Below are positions 53,855-64,000 of a stretch of DNA of 64,000 nt, one piece after another. The notes under the pieces were generated by a model. That model was not told the DNA's origin. It searched no databases and worked only from the letters and a program-made list of their open reading frames with translations. How positions within the stretch are numbered: the first letter of the stretch is position 1; the number at the start of each line of letters is the position of its first letter. The translations under genes and the position numbers were made by a program. This stretch comes from Octopus vulgaris (taxonomy: Eukaryota), in contig OX597838.1 of the NCBI GenBank assembly GCA_951406725.2, positions 14,570,001 to 14,634,000 of the forward strand, given 5' to 3'.

Positions 53855-55910
53855 GAAGGTTAGAGCAAAAGTGATGTCAGAGTGGGCATAACTTTTTTAT
53901 TAACTGACACAGGTCATTCAAATTTCATACATTGGTACAATAACTTTTCAGAACATACTCTTTGACGTATTTGAGCCATCATTGGACCCTACTCCCAAAC
54001 TGACGTATTTGAGCCATCATTGGACCCTACTCCCAAACTGACGTATTTGAGCCATCATTGGACCCTACTCCCAAACTGACGTATTTGAGCCATCATTGGA
54101 CCCTACTCCCAAACTGACGTATTTGAGCCATCATTGGACCCTACTCCCAAACTGACGTATTTGAGCCATCATTGGACCCTACTCCCAAACTGACGTATTT
54201 GAGCCATCATTGGACCCTACTCCCAAACTGACGTATTTGAGCCATCATTGGACCCTACTCCCAAACTGACGTATTTGAGCCATCATTGGACCCTACTCCC
54301 AAACTGACGTATTTGAGCCATCATTGGACCCTACTCCCAAACTGACGTATTTGAGCCATCATTGGACCCTACTCCCAAACTGACGTATTTGAGCCATCAT
54401 TGGACCCTACTCCCAAACTGACGTATTTGAGCCATCATTGGACCCTACTCCCAAACCATCTTTGAAAAAGTTCAGCTGTGCACTGTTTTGATCCACTTCT
54501 TCACAACTGCTTTCATCATGATCCCTGTCATCAAACCATTATCCCTGAAGACTGGTCATTGTTGGATCAAACTATTGAACCCTACTCCCAAACTGACGTA
54601 TTTGAGCCATCATTGGACCCTACTCCCAAACTGACGTATTTGAGCCATCATTGGACCCTACTCCCAAACCATCTTTGAAAAAGTTCAGCTGTGCACTGTT
54701 TTATCCACTTCTTCACAACTGCTTTCATCTGATCCCTGTCATCAAACCATTATCCCTGAAGACTGGTCATTGTTGGATCAAACTGGTAGAATTAGGAGGG
54801 CACCAGATCTGGGTTTTAATGGTGGAACAGAGGGACCACTGACCAGCTCAGCTTGCCAGTTGCCTGATTTGGTGCCAAAGATGCTTGCTGTCGTGCACTG
54901 TCATGGTGAATGTGTGTGTGTGGATCATTTCAGATTCTTGTTCTGCTGCTCTCTCCTCTTTAGTGTCTCTGTGTACTGTTTGCTGCTTTATGATTCTGCC
55001 ATATTCTGGAAAATCAAGGAGCATAATGCTCTTGTCATCTCATGAAACAATCACTACAACTTTCTGCGGTCATTGCTACTAGCTGTGGAACTTCTTAGGT
55101 CTTGGAGAATTAGTGTGATGCCATACCATGATCTGAGCCTTCATTCCTATATCCTAAAGATACCCACCATGGGGCTGCAGTGTGGCACATTGTGAAGATG
55201 TAGTGGAAGAGCTCAACTGAGCAAACAGTGCTTCTTACATTAATGCTGAGTGCAGGAATCCTTGGAGATCAAAGGTCAGGATCACCAAACTCTATCAAGA
55301 GAGTAACTCTAATGCATCCATAGGCGTGGCACTTGTGGTTGTGTAATCAGCCGGTGAATCACTGTGACTTAAGCTCCCTAATCAAATTTAAAATAAGGGA
55401 ACTTGATAGCAACAGAGAGTGATGGGGAATCTGTGAAATTAGCGAGTAAGAAAAAGAGAAAAAAAGATATACCGATATTTTATCTCCTGTCACTAGATGG
55501 GGAAAAAAAAATACCTGTCTTCATTGGCTTCAAATATTTCCAGCAGATCAGAGCCGACTTTCAAACTTCTCTCTTTCGATCAGATATCAGCTCCTGAGGT
55601 ACTCAAGTCGCACACAGTTTCCAAGACCCAAAGTTTTTTCACCATCTTCTTTAATGTATTTTGACCACAACCCTGTTGTACAGCAAGCTCCCAGATTGTG
55701 ACTTGGTGCTTGCAGTTACAAATTTCCCTCTGGTTTGCCTTCAGTGCTGGTTCCCTCCTTCATCCATTTGTGTACATTGTGATCACAGCATGCCTTATTT
55801 GAAGGTAGTATTTAGATGACCTTCTTACACAGTTGGCGATGATGTTAACGTCTTCAGTTTTGGTCAAGAAGCATTGCTTTTGCTGTCAGCTGATAGTATC
55901 TGCATTTTGT
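53855..55910 (-). mobile_element. Decayed mariner (DD34D-type) transposon
   Basis: Minus-strand remnants of HHDSAR (HDNARPH), NPDLVPS*F (SPDLAPSDF), FFKDG and VTIWELA. Boundaries approximate. Confidence 0.7.
53963..54784. repeat. 38-bp minisatellite: 13 identical units plus higher-order duplication
   Basis: tgacgtatttgagccatcattggaccctactcccaaac x13 (53963-54456), then a ~117-bp segment, two more units (54594-54669), and the same segment again. Confidence 0.95.
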
Positions 55911-56203
55911 GTTTGGTGGTGCTTTGTGGGTGTTTTCTTGCTCCTGTAGTGTATGGCATGGGAGGGTAATATTCAGGGTGACATGTTATAAACTTCTCGG
56001 TAGACATAAACATACAGATTCAAAAACGATAGGTGCCTTATACCAGTTTACACAAAAGACACTATCAAACGTATGTACCTATGCAGAAATAGGGAATACC
56101 TGTATAACTGCAAATGCCATTGGTGAAATTACTACTTGGGGTTATTTAGGTAAAAATCACTCCTCAGGGGAGCATTGCAATTCTCTTCCATGAAACACTA
56201 GAT

Positions 56204-56747
56204 CAGTGATTCTCAGCTGGGGTGGGGTGGGGGGGGGGCTATAATGACCCCTGGGGTTCACACAAGTAAAATAGTAAATTGGGTAGACCTGTGGTTTTCA
56301 ACCAGGGTTCCACGGAACCTTAGGATTCCGCTAGTACAGTCCAAAGGGGTTCCGCAAGAAGTTACAAAACTGCTAAAATCGGCAGTAATTTTTAATTCTC
56401 CTGTGCAGATATGTGTGCATAAGACTATTAAATTATCGCACAGGGGTTCCTCGAGCCAGTGGAATGCTTCCTTGGGGTTCCGCTCCAGCAAAAACTTTGA
56501 AAAGCACTGGGGTAGACCCTTGATATAGGTCCATGAAAAAATTTTGCTTTAGATGAATAGAAAGAAACAGCTAAGTTTGTTTCTCTAATGCTTAACCTAT
56601 ACATTTTAATGTTTGAAAAAGAAAACAGGAATTTTGAAAGAATTATCTATAGAACTAATTTTTAGACATTGAGAAGCTATGGGGTTCCACCAAAGTAAAA
56701 TAGTAATCAAAGGGGTCCATAGGTAAAAAGTGGTTGAGAATCACGGG
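56204..56747. mobile_element. hAT (Charlie-like) MITE
   Basis: TIR cagtgattctca...tgagaatcacgg; 8-bp TSD cactagat (56196-56203, 56748-56755). Confidence 0.85.
56289..56509. mobile_element. Second hAT MITE nested in the first
   Basis: TIR ctgtggttttcaa...ttgaaaagcactg; 8-bp TSD gggtagac (56281-56288, 56510-56517). Confidence 0.85.
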
Positions 56748-57159
56748 CACTAGATAAAGAAATCCACAGAATAATGCAAGTATTAGTTAACAATGGATAT
56801 TCAAACAGACTCAGTCAACCAAGTTACTGATAAATGCAGAAAAATACAATGCAACAAATACATTATTAGATGGTTTCCCTTTCTAAAATATACATTACAC
56901 ATAAAGGGTATTAAATGAGTCAAATGCATACCTGGTGCAAAAATCTCGTTAAGCCTTAACACAAAATGAGTCACTTCAAACAATAAACTGACAGTTATTA
57001 CAAAAAAGAAAACAATGTGATCAAAACCTTTCATATTAACATCAAAAGCATGTAAACCTGAGAAAAATTAAAAAATACTGCATTTGACCAGTGTACTTTA
57101 TATATCTGACTGTATAAGTGCAAGTAATAAACCTCAAAATTTTGTTTAGATTCAAGTTT

Positions 57160-57325
57160 TGTACTGGTGCCGCATTGAAAGCATCTAATACGAGTAGTTG
57201 GGTGTTAGGAAGGGCATCCAGCCATAGAACCCAAGCCAAATCAAACTGGAACCTGGGGCATCTCTCCAACTTGCCAGCTCCCATCAAACCATGGAAAACA
57301 AATGTTAAAGGTTGATGATGATGTT
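57160..57325 (+). mobile_element. SINE fragment with Meta-like domain and (GAT)n tail
   Basis: ggtgttaggaagggcatccagcc motif; homolog at 58985-59165. Confidence 0.6.
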
Positions 57326-57502
57326 TGATTTAATTATAAAAATACAGTAGGATTTTTTTTATATATACATTGAATGGTTATGAGGGTCCAGGAGAGTAAA
57401 ATAGGAGTCAAGGGGAGTCCATAAGTAAAAAATGGTTGAGGACCATTGCTTTATAGAATTCCCCCACAGAAACTGACAATTGATTATGGTAGCACTAATA
57501 AT

Positions 57503-57716
57503 GGTTTCAAATTTTGCCACAACAGCGTCAGTTTTGGGTTAGGGGATGAATCGATTAGATCATTCCCAGTGTTCAACTGGTACTTATTTTATCGACCCCA
57601 ATAGAATGAAAAGCAAAGTTGACCTCGGCGGAATTTGAACTCGGAACATAGTGAGGGGCGAAATACTGCTAAGCATTTTGTCCAGTGTGCTAATGATTCT
57701 GCCAAGCTCGCCGCCT
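57503..57716 (-). mobile_element. SINE family B subfamily
   Basis: Homologous to 31729-31905; flanked by tagcactaataat on both sides. Confidence 0.82.
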
Positions 57717-59699
57717 TATAGTAGCACTAATAATATTGCAAGACAAGGTTTGTCCAACCTATGCCACCATGGAATATTGACATTAAATGATGATGATGAT
57801 GAAGATAACAGAAGCTACAATTAACATCACAAATGCAAATCTGATGACGTAAAACTAACGCTTTAACTTGTGAACAGCACAAGAAGCCCTAACTACTCCA
57901 TATTCTGAAGATGAAGCCAAAAGATTGCTTGGAAAGATGGATTTGGGAACTGCATTTTTACAAAGTATAAGAGTCTGCTACATAGTTACAAGAAATTTCT
58001 AACTCCTTTAATACCAACCCACCTGAGACCATTCCTAGTTCTACGATATATGCTTCCTGTTTTGAAGTGATTTAAATTAAAATCTTCCATCGAAATTCTG
58101 TGTAAATTTAACCCTTCAGCACTCTAATCAAATGTAATGTTTATTTATTCACATTGTTGTGAATTAATCATGCTTTGTCTCATAGCTTTTGAGATTTTGT
58201 TGATGTGATTGCTTAGTTTTGGAATGACACTGTAGGTTTGGTGGGAGAGGCTTGATCTGGCCAGCTTGAGCATAAAACAGGTAGGATATTTTGGCTGGAT
58301 ATTGCCAGTTTAAATGCTAAAGCTCTAAGTTCCAAACACCGAGTTAATGACGATAAAGTAATTTTTACTAAACCTTGCACCAGTTTCAAAATTAATTAAA
58401 AGAAAAGCAGTTTGTTTCAACAGAAATATGGTAACAAAAGAAGGTGAAATTAGAACCTATTCATCTTTTCTACACATCATTATATATATATTACGGAGAT
58501 GTACTCGCATAGCAAGTAATTTGATCTGAGATCGTGTGCTGAAACAAAAACAATTGCAGCGTGGAAGGTGTTTATAAACCATTTAAGAAACACACAAAAG
58601 CCGTTCGATTCACTTCAACATTTAAGTTTAATTTGTCAAAATATTTTCGGCGCTAAAATCCGCGACCTGTTCACTGACAAAGTCCGTGCTGCATCCGTGA
58701 TTATATATATATATATATATATATATTAATCATCTTCCCATCTATACTATGCCTTCTCAGTACCAACTGACATTAATCTCTTCCTTTTCCTCGGTTCCCT
58801 GCCATTCTCCTTCTCGCATTTAATGTCCACTGTATTACACTCTCCACTACCATCCATTACAAAATCTAAATCTGTCCCTCTTCTCTTGCTTTACCCGCAT
58901 CGCACCCTTTCTCGTGTCTTCTCACTCGGTTATAAAAGATTACTTTAGTCCCCTTAGACCTGCAAATTGCTTGGTGATCTTCAGTGTTGGTGCCACGGGA
59001 AAAAAAAGCATCTAGTGTACTCCGTAAAGTGGTTGGTGTTAGGAAGGGCATTTGGCTGTAGAAACCATACCAAAGAAGACACTGGAGCATGACGCAGTCC
59101 TACGATTCGCCAGATTTTGCCGAAAACCGTCCAACCCACACGCCAGCTAAGAAGACGGACGTTATATCACGCACACACATACACCTCCCTACCTCAGGTG
59201 TAACTAATTATCTTAATTCAAACAATGAATACATTTTGCGGTGCTGTTATTCGCGGAAGCACTTGGAAAATGTATTTGAAAGAAAACTGGTTTCTATGAC
59301 GAAGAATGGAAAAAAAGAAAAAGAACAAAATGTGAACGACTTTCCAGTTTATAGTAAATATAAGAAATGGGTTTTTATTTATGTTATCGAGAGACAATTG
59401 GTGACTATTGGCGATCAGAGACAGGTATTAAACTAATAAAGTATTGTTTCACGGTAGCCTCTACACCACGTTAGTCGCTTCGAAGGTTGAGTGTGTGTGT
59501 ATGTATGTACGCATATATACACGCTGTATTTTGTCGACAATGTGTATCATTTGTATGTCATTCTGTGTATTTAAACTTTCTTGTTTTGAACATCAGTTTA
59601 GTGTCGTCAACTTGTTCCGGTCTTTCTTAGAGTCAACACTAACCACAATCCCATATTTGTTTTGTAATTTACCCACTGTCAGCTCTTATAACAATAAAG

Positions 59700-60130
59700 G
59701 GATCTTTTCTGTTTGAACGGCAGTTTTTTCTAGCGGTGTCATATGAAATTGGCACCCATAATTATGACCCTAGTATCGCTCTATTGCATTTCAATCTGTT
59801 TTAGGGTTAGGATGAGTTAGGGGTGGGGGGAAGGGTATATTTTTTTCTTCAGAAATGTAAATAAACCCAATCTGTTTCTTAAATGAGGGACATATTCATA
59901 CGGCACAGAATGTTTTTTGTTTTTTTTTTACCTCAATAGACGTCATTGATTGGTTGAAATTGCAGAAATTGAAGAAAAAACAACAGATATCTTACAAACT
60001 ATAGAATTTTCTCTATAAAGCCAAGAGAAAAAGGTGTTTTATAAACACATTCTACCAATATAAGAAGTTTAAAATTTTTTAGTTACCTAGAAATTATTTT
60101 TAAAAACTGCCGTTCAAACCGAAAAGATCC
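59700..60130. mobile_element. MITE with GG termini and 8-bp TSD (Merlin-like)
   Basis: TIR ggatcttttcNgtttgaacggcagttttt at both ends; TSD caataaag at 59692-59699 and 60131-60138. Confidence 0.85.
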
Positions 60131-60413
60131 CAATAAAGAAATCAGTAGTAGTAGTAGTGGGATTAAGATATGCGTTCAATTCTTTCTGTGGTTTACTTTA
60201 CACCTGTTCTGTTGCAGATTGATAACAATTTCAGAGGTATTGCATGCATAACCGATTCTGAATATTTCTCTACAAATGTTTATTTAATTCCACATCGGTT
60301 CAGACTAAAAACAAAAAAACTCTGATCAGAGACCTTTCATCAGCGGCTACCTTTTTTTTTCTTCCTTTGTATTAACTTATTCTACCTAATTTAATGTTTT
60401 GAAGTTATTTATT

Positions 60414-60814
60414 TACTCTTTTACTTGTTTCAGTCATTTGACTGCGACCATGCTGGAGCACCGCCTTTAGTCGAGCAAATCGACCCCGGGACTTATTCTT
60501 TTGTAAGCCCAGTACTTATTCTATCGGTCTCTTTTTGCCGAACCGCTAAGTGACGGGGACGTAAACACACCAGCATCGGTTGTCAAGCAATGCTAGGGGA
60601 ACAAACACAGACACACAAACACATACACACACACATATATATACATATACACGACAGGCTTCTTTCAGTTTCCGTCTACCAAATCCACTCACAAGGCATT
60701 GGTCGGCTCGAGGCTATAGTAGAAGACACTTGCCCAAGATGCTACGCAGTGGGACTGAAACCGGAACCATGTGGTTGGTAAGCAAGCTACTTACCACACA
60801 GCCACTCCTGCGCC
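60414..60814 (-). mobile_element. SINE family A
   Basis: Near-consensus reverse copy. Confidence 0.92.
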
Positions 60815-61420
60815 TATTTCTTGATTTATCTTCGTATCCTCATCTCAGTACCTTTTGCGTGTCAGGTCGTTCGCTGGTAATTAATCCTGTTATTAAGTCA
60901 TGGGTTATTTTATCTGGAATTTTTTTTAAACTAATAAATCACTTTCTAAATTTATCTCCAACACAGAAAAAAGCCATCCAAAATCTCCCAGTTCAATAAT
61001 TTGCGATCTTAAAGTACAAAATCAGTCCTTACAATCGATATTGTTGTTTTGCCCCAAATCAACTATATTGAAAGAGATCTTCGATAAAATAAATGTTCGA
61101 ACCGTGACCATCTCGTCATTATTTTATTTTCCTGGAAAAACCAGCCCCAGACTTCTCAATATACTGTATCGTTCCTAAGGTAGAGGTTCTCCCTACCATT
61201 GTGTCGCTGGGATTGAGTTGGTGTGCCGCAAAGTTTTTTTTAAAAAAATGCTATTTGCACGATTTATTTAAACTAATGTTGTTACTAATCCAGACTAAAG
61301 TTATTTATGTTTATACAAAGTATGATGAGTAACACAAGTCGTAGTTTTCTGGTTTTTTTTCCAAATTTCTAACTATAAAATAGTTTCTTTTTTAACTTTT
61401 CATTCTAAGTATATGTGTTA

Positions 61421-61798
61421 TTCTTTTTACTTGTTTCAGTCATTTGACTGTGGCCATGCTGGAGCACCGCATTTAGTCGAGCAAACCGACCCCGGGACTT
61501 ATTCTTTTGTAAGCCCAGTACTTATTCTATCGTACTCTTTTTGCCGAACCGTTAGATGACGGGGACGTAAACACACCAGCATCGGTTGTCAAGCAATGCT
61601 AGGGGGACAAACACATACACACACATACATATATACGACGGGCTTCTTTCAGTTTCCGTCTACCAAATCCACTCACAAGGCTTTGGTCGGCCCGGGGCTA
61701 TAGCAGAAGACACTTGCCCAAGATGCCACGCAGTGGGACTGAACCCGGAACCATGTGGTTGGTAAGCAAGCTACTTACCACACAGCCACTCCTGCGCC
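61421..61798 (-). mobile_element. SINE family A
   Basis: Near-consensus reverse copy. Confidence 0.92.
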
Positions 61799-62444
61799 TA
61801 TGTGTTAGTAATTTTTTTTTTTTTTTCGACCCGTAGTATATCACGAAGTCACGAAGTCCAATATATATATACACACATAGAAATCCACTGCGGCAGGGTA
61901 GGATTTGGGGGTGGGGTGAATGTGGCTGCTATTTCTAGCCGTTCGAGCGGACCGATTGGAGACACAACTCCCTTGTTGATGTGTGTGTGTGTGTGTATGT
62001 CACTCCTGTTATTTTTGCAATGTTCATTCAAAGCAGCGAAGTTGTCAGGTGACGTCAGCCTTCACTTAGTCACACACACACACACACAGAGAGTCTTTTC
62101 TCTCTCACCATAACTTGCCTTGGTTTGAAGTTCTACTCTCTTTCCCTCCACGCACTTGTCCTAATACTCAGTGCTTCTTCACTTCACATTCTACCGTCGA
62201 CATGGCTAATACGTACCTCGACTAGCAGGAGAAGCAACCGGGGGGCACCACCGGGTCCAGGGCACGCACGCAGCCTTGTAATCAAGTCGTCGATTCGATT
62301 AAATCCCTTTTAAGGGAAAAGGGAAAAATGATAATTACAGGAAAATAGAGAGAATGTTCACAAACTTCCTGTCTCTCCTTTTACATACATACATAACTCG
62401 AGTTTCTGAAGTGTTGTATAACTAAGAGAGGAAAACTAACTACC

Positions 62445-62502
<58 letters not shown>

Positions 62503-62753
62503 TCCGTGGATATTATATAAACAGCAGTGGAGTATGTACATGACGATGCCACCCTGGATTATTATACATATGTGTACAGCACCAGACGATTATATAAAAC
62601 AAGGTGTTTTTTTTTCGCCGGCTCATGATTTGTAAATGCTCGAACGAAACCCAGCAGCTAAGGACCACTTCACCTTCTTAACTCTGGAATCGATCAATAT
62701 AAAAATACCATTAAGATACTCTTGTCCTTTCAGTTGGTAAACCAACTCTGTCA

Positions 62754-62790
<37 letters not shown>

Positions 62791-64000
62791 GCGTGTTCCT
62801 AGTGGGGTGTTGTGGAGAGGTCACAGCATCCGTGCTGGCAATGTGAGAGCGGTATTTATATTTCTTGTTAGGTACTCTCGTTCCTTGAAAGAAATAACCT
62901 CTAGTTTGAAAAATATTTATAACAAGGTGAGTAAGCTACAACCGTCCTTTATTATTCAACCGTCTTATCTACCCTAAGTACCTACCTTACCAGCAGCTTG
63001 CCCGCATCATAAACATGGACTCGTCCTGTCTCGCACACGCACGCAGTTGCTACATACAACATATATGTATGTGCGAGTTGATGGATGGATGGATGAATGG
63101 ATAGAAAGATGTGTGTGCGCTATTGTTTCAATCCATATTATACTGGGTAAATCTAGATTTTGATTAACACTGTATTTATAGCTACATGTAAACCACTTTA
63201 CCTTTATGTACAATAGCTTCGTGAACAGAGAAAGGGACCAGGTTAGTTTTAATTAAATGTTGGGCCCTTCTCTATCTTCTCTCTCACACATTCATTTTTC
63301 GCGATCTGTCCCAGTGGAATATTCACTGTCGGAACATTTGGAGTTGTTACTTTCCATAGCTTCGTATCCTTGGGTCCCTTAAATGACTCTTAAAATCTTA
63401 CATTTAGATAATAAAGTAACCCGGTGATTATCGGGTTTAGACATCGGGTTGCAAATTTACGAGAAAATCTCTACGATCCTTACCCCAGAAAGTTAGTAAC
63501 CTTATCTTGGTATTGTTGCTTAGCTCCAGGCCATAGATTGAAATTGATCGAAGGTGTTTCCATTCGTGGCCGCGCCGTCTTTATTTTATCGGTCTTGGAA
63601 AAAGTGAGTCGCGAAGTTGATCTCGGCACGATTTGAACTCGGAACGTTTAAGGAAACACAAACTAGATATTGCTGCCATTTTGTCCGAGGCACTGACAAA
63701 TTGTTGGAACTGCCAGGGCGTAATTTGTGTAAGGGGTGTAAATTAGATGGAGATCTTGGCTGTCATTTCTAGTGAATCAAGGCTGGCATGTAAGAGGCTG
63801 AGGAGAAGCGGGTTGAAGAAGGAACCGATGATATTTTTCTAGGCTGGACCTGTCTTTGTCTCTGCATATAGTTTCCCCTTTTTCAGTCTCTGCCTTTATC
63901 ATATGCACTTCACCACATACACACATACAAATAATGTATGTATATTGCGTGTATATATTTCATGTGTACTTCTGAGTATTGCTATTTCGTTGGCGATCAG

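Noticed and set aside
53963-54669. 38-bp repeats as a CRISPR array
   Set aside because: Units are head-to-tail with no spacers, there are no cas genes, and the unit derives from mariner sequence in a eukaryote.

Overview
Eukaryotic, repeat-saturated non-coding DNA. The SINE families and the (TA)n/(TACA)n/(AAT)n load point to a coleoid cephalopod, most likely Octopus (inference). There is no intact host CDS, and nearly all listed ORFs are microsatellite or SINE artefacts. Recognisable content: many tRNA-derived SINEs of several modular families; a decayed Penelope-like element (RT on +, GIY-YIG on -, arranged like a twin-priming inversion); an R4/Dong-like endonuclease fragment; two dead Tc1/mariner elements; nested hAT MITEs; a Merlin-like MITE; a non-autonomous Helitron; a variant tRNA-Val(CAC); two homogeneous TE-derived tandem arrays (116 bp and 38 bp); and a 385-bp-arm foldback. 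The main hidden signal is about ten type-I hammerhead ribozyme motifs from several unrelated short Penelope-like modules. Several modules are built as an inverted arm, a hammerhead and a tail, and many sit in (TA)n tracts, including the (TA)n inside the dominant SINE. All folds and alignments were done by eye, so boundaries of decayed elements are approximate.
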